Source of the DNA: Octopus sinensis | Lineage: Eukaryota | Assembly (NCBI RefSeq): GCF_006345805.1 | Contig: NC_042998.1 | Span: forward strand, 144,336,001-144,400,000 | Length of the DNA stretch: 64,000 nucleotides | Reading direction: 5' to 3' | Part shown: positions 25,772-38,595 of the stretch, piece by piece | Position numbering within the stretch: position 1 is the stretch's first letter | How the letters are laid out: each line of letters begins with the position of its first letter | The notes under the pieces: generated by a model | Seen by the model: only the letters and a program-made list of their open reading frames with translations | The model's database searches: none | What the model was told of the DNA's origin: nothing | Position numbers and translations under genes: made by a program

Positions 25772-26988
25772 TTTTATGATATACTAAAAATGCAGAAAAA
25801 GAAAAAAGTATTATTGTAAACTTCATGAAAGACAAACAGTACGAGAAAAAAAATAAATGAAAAAATTCTTAAAAATAAATACAAGATAAGAAAAGCTATG
25901 AAATGATACATATGATGTATGCTGATGCCAACTCATACGGAAAGAATTTATTATTTTTTCTTTCGTTTTTTCAATACAAAGCAACTGAAGAAGAATTAGA
26001 TGTAAGCCATGTGCATATTGTTTGTAGTTTCATTTCACTGTTAATAAACAGACAAAAAGATTTGTTTTGTTTTGTTTTTTGTTTTTTTTTTGTTTTAAGA
26101 AAGGAAGGAGATTTTTTACCCACCCACCTGCTGTCAGCTTTGAACTCTGCACTACTATCAAATAAAATATTAAAAAAATTTTAAATGCCAATCAATATGA
26201 ACGTTTTTGTGTGTGGTGTGTGTGTATGGTGGTGTGAGCTTGTTTTTTGTATAAATACACGCATACAGGTTTTTCACAGATTTTTTTTTCCTTGGACAGT
26301 CTTTTTCCTTTATTTTTTGGTGGGTGGGGGGATACAAATGTGAAGATTTGCATATTGTTGGAAGAAATGCATGCATATATGTAATAGATATATGCATGAA
26401 CACACTAACATAAGTGCATGTTTGTGAGACAAGGACATTAGTGAATGGCAAATGGTATGGTAAAAGTGGTTGAATATACTTGGACGTCAACCAGAGCATG
26501 TGGGTTCAATTCCCACCTGGTTCTCACTATTTTCATTTGATGCACTGACAGAATCCACACCATGTCACACAAGCATGCACGCACACACATTCTCCCTCTC
26601 ACATCTCCATAAATATAAATATACAATCTGTAAACTAGGAGATAGACAGACCTTGGTAAGAGAGGCCATATCATTGATGAGGTCTCATATGGCAACAAAA
26701 GGAGTCTGGATGAACTTAACTGACTGAATGAATGATTAATCAAACAATCAATTAGTTAATTGGTCACGTAGTTGACTAATAATAATTGTTTCAAATTTAG
26801 GCACAAGGCCAGCAATCTTAGAGGACAGGTAAGTTGATTTCACTGACCTCAGTGCTCAACTGGTACTTATTTTATTGATCCTGAAAGGATGAAAGGCAAA
26901 ACTGACCTTGGCAGAATTTGAACTCTGAATGTAAAGTGCCAGAAAATTAATAATAATAAAAGAAGTGACATAGAACCGGTGCATGTTT

Positions 26989-26998
26989 TTTATTTATT
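26989..26998 (-). terminator. Candidate poly(A) signal for GKAP1 (two overlapping AATAAA)
   Basis: Plus-strand tttatttatt about 650 nt downstream of the stop, just before a SINE; AATAAA is common in this AT-rich DNA. Confidence 0.3.
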
Positions 26999-27640
26999 GT
27001 TGGCACAATGACCTTCCCAAGATACAATGAAATCTCACTATAATCAGGTTTATATACTTTCTGATTTAGTAGTCTACAAATAGATATCCTACTTTTATAC
27101 ATACACACACACATTCATACATGTGCATGTATACACATGCAATATGATGAAAGAAAAACTGAAACTACCAAGAACAGAAGCAAACAGTTGTTGAGCAAGT
27201 AGAGTGAAGATGTCAATTAGTTGTGTATGAAGAAATATTCAGAAGAATTTAGTAGCTCAATCTTCTAAGTTGGGAACTACAAATGGATGAAGTAGTAATT
27301 ATAGCTGCTCTATATACAGGAGCTATTCACTTCCAAAATTCATATTCATTATGGACATTAATTGATGAAGAGGTTAAAAAAAAATTTTTTAAACAGAAGA
27401 AAAAACAGCAAAGGAGTTGAGAAATACATCCATTTGGTTCTCTTGTAATTTAAAAATAGTTAATGCTTATTTTTTTCTTATTTTTACTCTTTTTTCTTTC
27501 CTTCCGTGAAGTGGTTGGCATCGATCATCAAACAGTAGCATCGGAGAATCTTGGGAGTAAATTGGCAATATTCCTGGCTACTTCCTGATTCCATATTGAT
27601 AATACAATTAATTCAAATGTGACCAGTCACTGAAACATCT

Positions 27641-27679
27641 TCAGCTGTGTTTCGAGTCTCCTTTATTGTGCTTGGAGCC
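27641..27679 (-). CDS. GKAP1: GKAP1-like terminal coding exon: GSKHNKGDSKHS*
   Basis: Pyrimidine-rich acceptor aattttag|GGC, phase 0 fits the preceding exon, TGA stop; resembles the short basic GKAP1 C-terminus (GGRKGKRNS...). Confidence 0.72.
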   Translation of the reverse strand, partial: GSKHNKGDSKHS

Positions 27680-29131
27680 CTAAAATTTAGAAAAAGAAAG
27701 AGAAAAAAATTATAATACCATATTTAATGGCACATAAGATGCATATTTTCTTCCCTAAAATATTCAATAAATAAAATAAATAGGTGCAGGCATGGTAAGA
27801 AGTTTGATTCACAACCACATGGCTGTGGGTTCAGTCCCACTATGTGAACACCTTGGGTAAGTGTCTTCTACTACAGTCTAGGGCTGACCAAAGTCTTTTG
27901 CAAAGATATGGCAGACAGAAAGAAGCCCATGGTGTATGTGTGTTTACATCCTTGCAACTTATAGAATAAATACCAGGCTTGAAAAAAAAAATGTACTGGG
28001 GTTGATTAAAACTTCTTCAAGGCAGTGCCCCAGCATGGCTGCAGTCTAATGACTGAAACAAGTAAAAGATAAAAGGGAAATCACCCTGGGTCCTATATTA
28101 CAGGTTTTAATGCATTAAAAATATTTTTCTTGAATGTGTGCAGATGAAACTGGGGTATGTCTAATATGCCATCAAATACGGTAATACTAAATAAAGGGAA
28201 TGCAGAAAAGAAAAAAATTAGTCTTATTTTACTCTCCCTATTTCTGGCCTTCTACTGTCAACACTCTCTCTGCAATACTACTTCCTCAGTCTACATGCTT
28301 TAAGTTACTGAGCCCTCTTTATATTTACTGCATACAAGGTATACCTACCTCCCTCGCTGGTGCTATGATGGAAAGCCCATCCCCATCACATTCCTTCAAG
28401 AGTCATTGGTGAATGAGGCTACTTTTCTAGTGTTAGTGTCATGAGAAAATGCATCCAGTACATATTATAAAGTGGCTGGCAAATGAGCAGTGAAAGTATA
28501 AGGTTGTGAGGGCCATTTACTTAACTTCATCATCATCACCATTTAACGTCCGCTTTCCATGCTGGCATGGGTTTGATGGTTTGACTGAGGACTGGCAAGC
28601 CAGGAGGCTGCACCAGACTCCAATCTGATCTGGCATGGTTTCTTCAGCTGGATGCCCTTCCTAACGCCAACCACTCCAAGTGTGTTGTGGGTGCTTTTTA
28701 CGTGCCGACACGGGGTTCAGTCAGGTGGTACTGGCATCAACCACGCTTGAATGGAGCTTTTTACGTGTCACCCACATCGGAAAACTATTCAACTTCTCTA
28801 GTATTGGTGTCACAAGAAAATACACCCAGTATTTTATAAAAAACACAATATATATTTTTAGATGAAAGAAATGTACAAATGCATTTTTTTATCTTTTAAA
28901 TTTCTATTCTTTCATTATTTGATTAACATGGTACCAATGGCAAATGTCTTCTGATATAGCCTGGAGTAGACCAGTCTTAAACATGAAAACTAGTCAAGAG
29001 TAACAATGTGAAAGCTTGTCAGAGAAACTCTTTCAGCTTTGGTTTGGTTGTCTTATTCTGTCACTCAGCTTAATACCATGACCTGAACTTTGGGTGCCAT
29101 TGGTAGAGTTCACTCTGTTCCACATATCTAA

Positions 29132-31307
29132 CCCTTTCGTTACTATATTTCTGACCAAAATACATCCCTCATGAATTTCAGTTAAATTCTAAAATAATCA
29201 TGAATTTAGACTAGTTTCATTAAACAACTGTTACTTCTTTTACTTATCAACATATTAATGTGATATTTGGAACATAATTAAAGAAAGGGTTCTTAATCAA
29301 TTCTATTGCATAACTTTTGTCTCAAAGCGACTCTAATTACAGGTAAACCCAGGTAAACTGAGCAAAATGTAAAAATATTTAAAACTTGTTTAAACATCAC
29401 CATAGAAAATGAATAATCAGCTAATATTCAAATGGGTATGCAACAAAATTTTGATAGAGAAGAATTGTGCACATCACTAGATTATCAGTAGAATTTAATG
29501 CACAGAACAGGTGCACCATAAAGGTGAAATAAACTGAAATACTGGAATTTGTTTTTGAAGAAAACTAGAAAATTAAATACATCAACTAAATGAAATATAC
29601 TCACACACATACATGAAAACACAGGAACATATATAATAAAGATTTACAATAGAAATTGAATCAAAACTCGTCACTCACCTTATAAGTAAATTACAGGTAA
29701 ATTAAAATTACAAGTAAATAAAAAGTAAAATGAAGTAAGTTTGCAAAATATTTATACAATCTAATCATACATATATACAATATTCACACTATTTCTATCA
29801 TGGAAAGTTGTAAAACATCCCACTCTACATACTGCAATCTTGCAGAATGCACATTGGAAAGACGTTTCAACTGACCGTCCACTGGGAGATTTTCTTTGTT
29901 GATAAGACATTCACAGCACTGCCTTTTGCAACCTCTGAATTTTTCTAATTTATGGAGATCAACTGAACTCAGAGGGATATCTCTCTGGCAGGCTGGAGTT
30001 TTCCTTCCTGTAGTTATTTTTTTTGAGGAATAACCTGCCCTCAACTGCATTGCTACATTTGCTTGGAACTGCAGATGGTCACACCACTTGCAAGTCCCTC
30101 CTGATTTGGTATATATAATATAAATGCATTTACAATGCTCATGTTTACTATATACCAAACCAGGTATTGCCACCATTTACTACCCGGTCTACCAACTGGA
30201 TAATAACTCATAATCTGGTTCAGCCGATCCACACTGCTCATGTACTTGTTATAATCAAGGTTCACAAACAGGGTGCCATTTTTATCAACACATAGTTGTG
30301 CACTGGTAAATGGAAAATTTATCTGCCTCTTATCTCTATGTGGTCGCTAGCAGATTTCCTTTCTGCTGTTGGATAATTTCACCACCTTCTTTTAATTTTG
30401 CTTTTTTTTTATATCCAACAGCAGCCCTTTTCTACTAGCAATTACTGTAGCACACATATACGTTGTCACAGCTTCTAAATCCACCGCAAGTTTGACCACA
30501 CTAAAAAATCAGTCAAAAATAATTACGTCCCTGTCATGGTATGGAATTGATAAATTCCAGACCACATTCTACCCTAGGCTATGCTGACTAACATTATTGT
30601 CTCTTTTCCTTGTATAAAAACTAAATCCACAACAGTACCCACAAACTTTGATACCCCGTTTCCTAACATATACTGTTTGTTTACATTCTGTGTAACGGTT
30701 TGTTTCTGCAGTGATCACTTCAAACAAGCATACTGGTAAAAATAAGAAAAAAGTCTAACGGCTTTGCTTCCTGAGAAAGACTATGGGCAGACCCCCATCT
30801 CCCCAGAAAAATTGTTAAAAACATTTTAAAACTTTTTACTCCATTCCGATGTAAAATTGTCTTTGCTGTCGCTATTGCTGCTTTCAGTTTCTTCAGAATC
30901 GCTACTTTCAGTTTCGGATACAGAAATATCCGATTTATTCTTGTACGCCACATGCTTTTGTACCTCATTCATTCTTTTTCTCAATATCTCCATATCTTCC
31001 GTTGGAAAACCTTCGAATTCAGAATCACTGCTTGACAGCATGAAACTCCTCTCCATTTTCAAAGTTGAAAAAAAATCAACGCTGAAAAAGTTTGGAAAAA
31101 AATCTCCCAAAATTCACTAAGTTCAGATATCATGTTGAACAATGTTGGATACTATAACTCAACTATTTACTAAGTGAAATCACATGTTTTCACGAATGTA
31201 CTAATGAGATTTGTGTTTAAATTCACATTTAAATAACAATGGGTACTCTCAATCTTATGAACCAAAAGATTTTTTGGCCAGCTACGGCCAGGTTGGTATT
31301 GAAAGGG
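29132..31307 (-). mobile_element. Decayed piggyBac element in the last GKAP1 intron
   Basis: ctaa|CCCTTTCG ... GAAAGGG|ttaa termini; PGBD-type transposase remnants on the minus strand. Confidence 0.85.
29790..31056 (-). pseudogene. piggyBac transposase remnant (PGBD4-like), internally deleted
   Basis: Acidic N-terminus MERSFMLSSSDSEFEGF, RGIKV motif, DYNKYMSSVDRLNQIMSYY...KWWQY...NAFILY, Cys-rich C-terminus; stops and frameshifts. Confidence 0.85.
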
Positions 31308-31467
31308 TTAAGTTAGGGTCTCCAGTTTGGACTCAGAAAAGGATTGTGGATGCTGACCTTCGTCTGACTCAGCCATAAAAACAAAAAGTAGAGAAACCAC
31401 TTTCCAACTTAAACCTGTTTCATGGCTTAACTCCACCTTCCCATCATTGTAGCTCAAGAAAACTCAC

Positions 31468-31546
31468 TTTTAATTTATCCAGTTCCGATTTCAATGAACG
31501 GACTTTTGATTTTTCCTGTTCCAAGTCTTGAGTTAATTTCACCACC
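31468..31546 (-). CDS. GKAP1: GKAP1-like penultimate exon, 79 nt, homologous frame KLTQDLEQEKSKVRSLKSELDKLK; one extra base at its 5' end
   Basis: tcttgtag| acceptor, AAA|gtgagt donor; matches GKAP1 [23 protein letters not shown], but the length is 3n+1 as assembled. Confidence 0.8.
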
Positions 31547-33912
31547 TACAAGATAAAGTCAAAAGAGATAGTAAGACAGTTTTGATGCACAAAAAGTCAA
31601 TGGTCTATTTAGATTGTTTGTTAACCTGTTTCTGATGTTAGAAGCCAGTTGAACCTCTTATCTCAATGTTATATTTAGAAAAACCTGTTATAGCAGTTGT
31701 TTGGTAATAAATCAAGTCAAGCAGATAATAGAAAATTTTTCAATGATTCAGAGGCAACAATGGTCATGAGATGAAACTTCCATAGTTTACTGATACTGAC
31801 CCTAAAGGTCAAATATTACAGTCTCTGCATTGCCTCCCGAGCTTTCATAAAATTCTGGTCACATAATTACTCTAATTGGCTTGACTAACAACAAATATTC
31901 CACTTACTACTTGAGCTTAGCCTAATAGCTTGGGTGTATGACTCGTTATCATAAGACCATAGGTTCAATTCCTGGACTAGGCAGAAAGTTGTGGTTTTGG
32001 CAAAGCACTTCATTTCACATTGCTTGTAGTAGCAAAATGCTAATATACCCTTGCTTTCTCTCCAGCAACCACACTCTGAATGTTCTAGTGGGCCATGGGT
32101 GAGGGACCCAAAAGGATGTCTATGTCTTCTTGCAACTAAAATAATTAGTGAATGCATAGTACCAAGCCATACTTGCTTGGATTGTATTTGCTACATCATA
32201 ACTGAGTAAGCATTAATAGCAAGGACACTAAGGACACTCAACTGTATTGGGAAGTTATTAAAAGAAAAAAAACCCAACAAATACCCACCTCATTCATGCA
32301 GAAGTAATGTATATAAGTTTTCGAGAAACAACTTTTAACACATCTAAATAACAGATTCAATAAAATACGCTGAAATATTAGTTTCAATAAGTAATAAGCC
32401 AGACTAAGATGATAAATAATTAAGTAGATAGTTAATTCAACATATTTTGCTTCATAGTTTAGAAGTAAAAGCACTAAATGAACTAGGAACCAGTTGGCTT
32501 AAATCCTACTACTGACAATACATTACATTATTACATATTGAAAAAGTGCTGTGGCTTTCTATGTCAATCCAATACAAAATAGATGTGACTTACTTCATGA
32601 TATAACATTGGATAATAATAAAAGGTATTTGTACATTTATATAAAATAATAATGAATTTATAGAAACTTTCAATAACACAAGTTGGAAAGTGAAATGAAT
32701 ATACAGCCAGTCTCTCTATTCCCATCTGTCACTTCCTCTCACTCTTCTGTGAATTTATTTCTCCACCCATACCACTTCCCTTATATTCACCTTCCTCTAA
32801 CTTGAAGGCATGCCCTAACACATCTCCACCACCACCACCACCACCACCACTGTCTTTGTTCTCCAACTAGAGTAAACATGCATCTCCCCTACAGCAAGGC
32901 ACCTGTTCCTATCCCTCTATCATACTTCATCTTCTCATCACCTGACATACACCCACCTCTCTCAATACTACCACCCCACTCAGATGAGGTGGTCTTGTCT
33001 TGCAAGTTACTTACTTCACTAATACTGGTACCATGTAAAATGCACCCAGTACATTCTGTAAAGTGGTTGACATTAGGAAGAGTATTATACAACCATAGAA
33101 ACCATGCCAAAGGTAGCACTGGAGCTTGGTGCAGTTCTCTGCCTCACTAGCCCCAGTTGAACCATCCAACCCATGCCAGCATGGAAAACAGACATTAAGT
33201 GATAATGATTTTCAAATAAAATACTTATTTGCAATTTTCCAGAATCATCCTTACACTCCCTTATCTTTTTAGACAAATCATTAATTCTAATACAGCCTTA
33301 GTTTGTTCAAGAAAACATTTACTTTTACACAATTTCAGATGAAATATTTTAAAAAAATATTTATCATATTCTCAGATGAATTACTTTTTTACAGACTCAA
33401 ATATTTTTTTTGGATGAAACATTTTCATACATATTGCCATTTCTGGCAAGCTGGCAAAATTGTTACCACACTGGGCAAATTGCTTAGCAGCATTTCGTCC
33501 ATCTTTGCACTCTGAATTCAAATTCCACCAAGGTCGACTTTGCCTTTTATTCTTTCAGGACCAATAAAATTAGTACCAGTTGAGTACTGGGGTTGATGTA
33601 ATCAACATATACCCCAACCCAAATTTCAGCCCCTATGCCTATAGTAGAAAGGATTATTATTATTATTATAATATAACCAAAACTAATAATATCCTTTCTA
33701 TTATACACACAAGGCCTGAAATCTAGGACAGGAATCTAGTTGATTATATCAATCCCAGTGCTTAACAGGTACTTATTTCATTGACTCTGAAATAATGAAA
33801 GGCAAAGTTGACCTTGACAGAATTTGAACTCAGAATGCAAAGACAGAGACTAAGCATTTTGTCTGCCATGCTAATGGTTCAGCTAGCCAGCCACCTTAAT
33901 AATAATAATAAT

Positions 33913-34905
33913 GATGGATAATAATAGATATGGAGCAGGGGTATTCGCATGGACAGTAGATGAACTAAACAACTTAGACAGAAAGATAAGGAAGTTACTA
34001 ACTAGATATGGGTCACTCCACACAAAAAGTGACACAGACACTGTATGTACCAAGAAAGAGTGGGGGAAGAGGACTTATTGGATGCAAACACAGCATTAGA
34101 GCAGAAGAAAACAACACAGCATGGTATGTAAAAAATGCCACAGAACTGTTATTATTAGGTCAGGCTTGTGTAGGATGAAAGATTGCAAAGATAAAGCACT
34201 ATACAAGAAATTAATAACAAATGAAACTGAAAATAGGAGGGTAAAGAAAAGAATGCATGGTCAATTTCATAGGGATGTTGAAGACAAGACAGACAGAGAA
34301 AAAAAGATGACTGTGGATGACTAAAAGTGATTTAAACCCAGAAATGGAGACTCTAATCTGTGCTGCCCAAAAGCAAACACTAAGAACTACATAAAATACA
34401 GAATAGAAAACACAGCAGAAAGTGATAAGTGCAGAATCTATGGACAAAACGGTGAAACCATATGGCATATTACCAGCCAATGTACACCACTACCACAGAA
34501 GGAATATAAGAGATGCCACGATAAAATAGCCAGGCTTGTCCATTGGACACTTTGTAACAAGTATGAACCTGACAGCAAAAAATTGGTACGACCACAAACC
34601 TGAAGGCATTGTCAAAAATAAAAATGCAAAGATCCTATGACAGGTTAGCTTGGGAAATTAAGCAGTTGTGGTTGATGAAAAAGGTAGTTGTAGTACCAAT
34701 AATTTTCGGAGCCCTGGGAACAGTGAGTAAAATTCTTGGGAAGTACGTGAAACAAATAGGGGCTGCCATAAGGGTGAGAACTTGCAGAAAACAGCACATC
34801 TTGGAACCGCTTGAATACTCCAGAAGTTGCTCGGAAAATAAGGTGTTACTTTAGTTCCCTGGTAGTGAACAGCTGACACCGTAGTAAATCTGTGCAAAGG
34901 CAATG
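33913..34905 (+). mobile_element. R4/Dong-like non-LTR retrotransposon 3' fragment
   Basis: RYGAG..WT..EL..LDRKIRKLL; CR..G...ETI.HI...C..L...EYKR.HD.IA..VHW CCHC-like region; flanked by (TAA)n on both sides. Confidence 0.8.
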
Positions 34906-35713
34906 ATAATAATAATACGTGCTGAATAACAACATAGATGTGCTACACTGGGCTCCCCATTCAAAAACAAATCTAATCCAATAACATCGGTGGAATTAGA
35001 TAAAGGAACCTGTGGAAGACTTGAAGGAAGTGGTCTTTTAATGAAAATAATTTTTTAAAAAACTCTGTCTCACTGCACAGCACCTTCAGCACGTGTCTTC
35101 TACTATAGTCCCAGTCTGATCAATTCCTTGTGAGTGGATTTGGTAGATGGAAACTGTAGGAAAGCCCATTTCCCAAAGACACACACCAAACTGGCACAAC
35201 TCAATGTTGCTGTCTGTTTTAGCAAAAGCTAAGGCTTTAAAATATGCTCAGAGTTACCTCTCTTCAGTATTTCCCACTGATAATGGCTAGAGCTAGAAAT
35301 GCATCTGGGAATCCAATAGAGGGCAGCACTGGTTAGATAAGGTGTTTTACACCATTTTATCCCAAGCAATAATTTTTTCTCCAGAGTAACTACAGTAAAT
35401 TTGCCTTTAAAAGTTGAAACATGTCTCAAACATATTTTAACTCACCTAAAGTTCACCTATGCCTAAACACTGCTTAGCACTGATACTGCTTGAATATGTA
35501 TGCGTCTCTGAGTTTGTTCCCCTCACCACTTGACAACCTGTGGTTGATTTGTTTACATCTCTGTAATGTAGCAGTTCGGCAAAATGATCAATAGAAGTAC
35601 TAGTGTCAAAAAAAAAGTACTATGTCAATTTGAAATCAGTGCCCCAGTATGGCCACAGTTTAATGACTGAAACAAGTAAATGATAGAAAAAAAATAAACC
35701 CAAGTGGTTTTAC

Positions 35714-35784
35714 CTGATCTGTTAGCTCATCTTTTACGGAAGTTAAGTTATCCACTTGTTCCAGAATATCATATTTTTCTTTCA
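35714..35784 (-). CDS. GKAP1: GKAP1-like exon, 71 nt, phase 1-0: (L)KEKYDILEQVDNLTSVKDELTDQ
   Basis: tgtttacag| acceptor, CAG|gtaaaa donor; matches GKAP1 [24 protein letters not shown]. Confidence 0.9.
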
Positions 35785-36991
35785 CTGTAAACAACAAAAC
35801 AAATACAGGAATGAGAAGTGTGAATGAACATTGGATAAAAACATTCATTAAGATTGAAGTTTATGTTAAGATTTCAGGAAGAGCATAAATCTGTAAGTGT
35901 TGGAAACAGTCAACAACCCTGAAGGTCTGAGTGTATTCTGCTGAGGGGGCAATGAAAAGGTCTTTAGGGACTGCCTTCAAGCATGGCAGTGGGGTTAAGA
36001 AGCTTGCTTTACAACCATGTGGTTCCAAATTCAATCTGACTATGTTGCAGCATGAGTAAGTGTCTATTATAAGCCCAGGCCAACCAGTACCTTGTGAGTG
36101 AATTTGGTAGAATGTAAACTCTGCCAGTTTGCTGCCTTTACTAATACTACTACTACTACTGGTAATAGCGAGCTGGCAGAATCGTTATCATGCCAGGTGA
36201 AATGCTTAGCAGCATTTTGCCCATCTTTATGTTCTGGGTTCAAATTCCACCAAGGTTGACTTTGCCTTTCATCCTTTCAGGATTGATAAACCAAGTACCA
36301 GTTAAGCCCTGGGGTCAATGTAATTGACCTACTCCTCCACTGAAATTGCAGGCCTTGTGCCAAAATTAGAAATTATTATTATTATTAATAATAATGATAA
36401 CAATAATGTTTCTAATTTAAGAACAAGGCAGCAATTTGTGGGAAGGTGATTAATCTATACCATTGATCCCAGTATTTGACCACCACTATATTTCACTGAC
36501 CCCTACACACACATTTACAGCAACATCATATAATTTCTCTACACTAGTATCTGCATCACAGCAAGTCCTTAAACATCTCAATACTAAAATACAAGTCCTT
36601 GGAAAAAAAAATCTACGACTCAAAATGGTTGAAAAATAAATGGAACGTATTGATTAGAACATGTAAGAGAGGTAACTATGGAGATGACAAGTGATTGCAG
36701 CAATGAAAAATGAAAGGTAAGGGTAAAATCTGATATAGGATAAAGAACAGAAACTTGATTTGAGACAGCTATCCATGATACAACATCTGTAATGCAGATA
36801 TCAATAAATAATAACAGCCAAAAGGTCTCTGAGCAATACATAACATAAAATGCCCATAGTTCACAGTCTTCTTTAAATGGCTGTGCATCTGAGATGCATT
36901 TTATATTGCTTGAGGAATCTTTGACCCACATCAGGTCTGGGAGGGGTTCAGTTTAAAATATATATATATTAGTGACAGAGGCAGTATTAAT

Positions 36992-37261
36992 AGTGAGAGG
37001 CAATATTTATTCTCACTAAGACGTAGATGTTCACTAAGAACAAACTCTACTGTGGTAGATACCATGAGAAAAACTCCCATATAGGCTTTTAGTGCAAAAT
37101 GCATACTTGTTTATACTGATAGTGGTGAGGTAAATTCCCACCAACTCCCACAAGTGATATAAACAAAAAGCCTATATGGGAGTTTTTCTCATGGTATCTA
37201 CTGCAGCAAAGTTTGTTCTAACAGAATATCCAGATTTAAGTGGAAGTAAATATTACTTCTC
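36992..37261. mobile_element. Long-TIR MITE or foldback element
   Basis: 36-bp perfect inverted repeat at 37055-37090 / 37166-37201, extending imperfectly outward. Confidence 0.7.
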
Positions 37262-37429
37262 AGTTTCGGTTTTGCTGGATGTCTTTGCTAATAAACATCA
37301 ATGTAGTTGAGTGGTTGTCATTATTTTTTCATGGAAGCTTTTACCCACTTCTTAGGATCGACTGACAAGTGCTCAACATATGTTGGCATGGAACCTTTCT
37401 CTGCTTTGGTCTTTGAAGATTTCATTTGA

Positions 37430-37860
37430 ATATTTGCTACTAACAAGATCTGCACCCATGGTTAGCTTCACTTGGGCTTGTGCCTTCCATACTGTGGCTC
37501 CCTCCTACTCGACTAGATACAGAAGTTTCCAAAACATAAAATCTGATATCCGCATCTGGTAACCAAGTATTTTTAAGTCAACAAAGCTTGCCGCCTTCAT
37601 GGCATGTATAGAGAGAACGCTTCTCAATGGAGCTCAAGATCAAATTACAATGAAGGAGCTTTAACACTGCTTTGATGGTATATACACTAGGCTCTTCATA
37701 AGGATTTAAAACATCTCATACATAGCATTAGCACAAAGTCAAAGAGGATATTTATAGACATGTTTCAACTATCTCTACTGTTGTTGATCAAAGCAGAGTA
37801 GGCTTTGCTGGTCACTACTATCATGCTGAGCATCATTACTCATTACCCAATGAGTAATGA
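37430..37860 (+). mobile_element. Degraded RTE-like LINE C-terminal fragment
   Basis: Remnants resembling ACIERTLLNGA and FDGIYTRL of RTE ORF2; heavily disrupted. Confidence 0.45.
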
Positions 37861-37870
37861 TGGGCTCAAA

Positions 37871-38222
37871 TTATACCATAGCATGGTATAATTCTGTCCG
37901 TCTAAATGAAAAATAAGTGCCACTTATATTTCTATGTTGAAGGGTTTGCAATAAGAAGAACAAACATTCAAACTGTAGAGACAAAAAGTGTGCTTTTGCA
38001 ACCAGACAATTCTTAGTTTTCATCTCACTGCCTGACATTTTGAGTTGGCAAATGCCCTGTGAATAGAATTTGGTAGACATGTGTAGAAATCCACAAATGA
38101 ATGTAATAATGAGATTTGTACCGAAATTCTCATTAAAATACGAATAAGGCATTTTGGGCAGGTATGGGCCGTTTGGTAAAATCAACGTATTTTTCAGGCG
38201 TCTGTGGTGATAAAAGGGTGAA
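37871..38222 (+). mobile_element. DINE-1/Helentron-like non-autonomous element
   Basis: ttataccat-agc-atggtataa terminal hairpin followed by ctgtccgtc, ending near gataaaagggt; layout resembles DINE-1. Confidence 0.4.
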
Positions 38223-38381
38223 AGTCTATCTTCTATGCTGGCATGGGTTGAACTCAAAAATTTGTATAGATGTGTACATGTGTATATCTTTTGGAGATGT
38301 CTATCAGCAAGAAAAGCAAATAATAAACAACAAAATAAAAGTGCTTTTGAAGCAAGTCCTTTATAATATGTTCTACATCAA

Positions 38382-38595
38382 GGTGGTGAGCTGGCAGAAA
38401 CATTAGCACGCCGGGTGAAATGCTCAGCGGTATTTCATCTGTCTTTACATTCTGAGTTCAAATTCCACTAAGGTTGACTTTGCCTTTCATCCCTTCGGGG
38501 TTGATAAATTAAGTACCTGTTGCATACTGGAGTCGATCTAATCGACTGGTCCCCTCCCCCAAAATTTCAGGCCTTATGCCTAGAGTAGAAAAGAA
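38382..38595 (+). mobile_element. tRNA-derived SINE, second family (ggtggtgagctggcagaa head)
   Basis: B-box gagttcaaattcc and body gttgactttgcctttcatcc; further copies at about 33455-33655 and 36167-36375, inverted near 1560-1710, 26790-26945 and 33690-33900. Confidence 0.75.

Noticed and set aside
30826-31110. In-frame GKAP1-piggyBac fusion protein
   Set aside because: The acceptor needs phase 2 but the GKAP1 donor is phase 0 in the conserved frame, giving an immediate stop; the transposase is also truncated.
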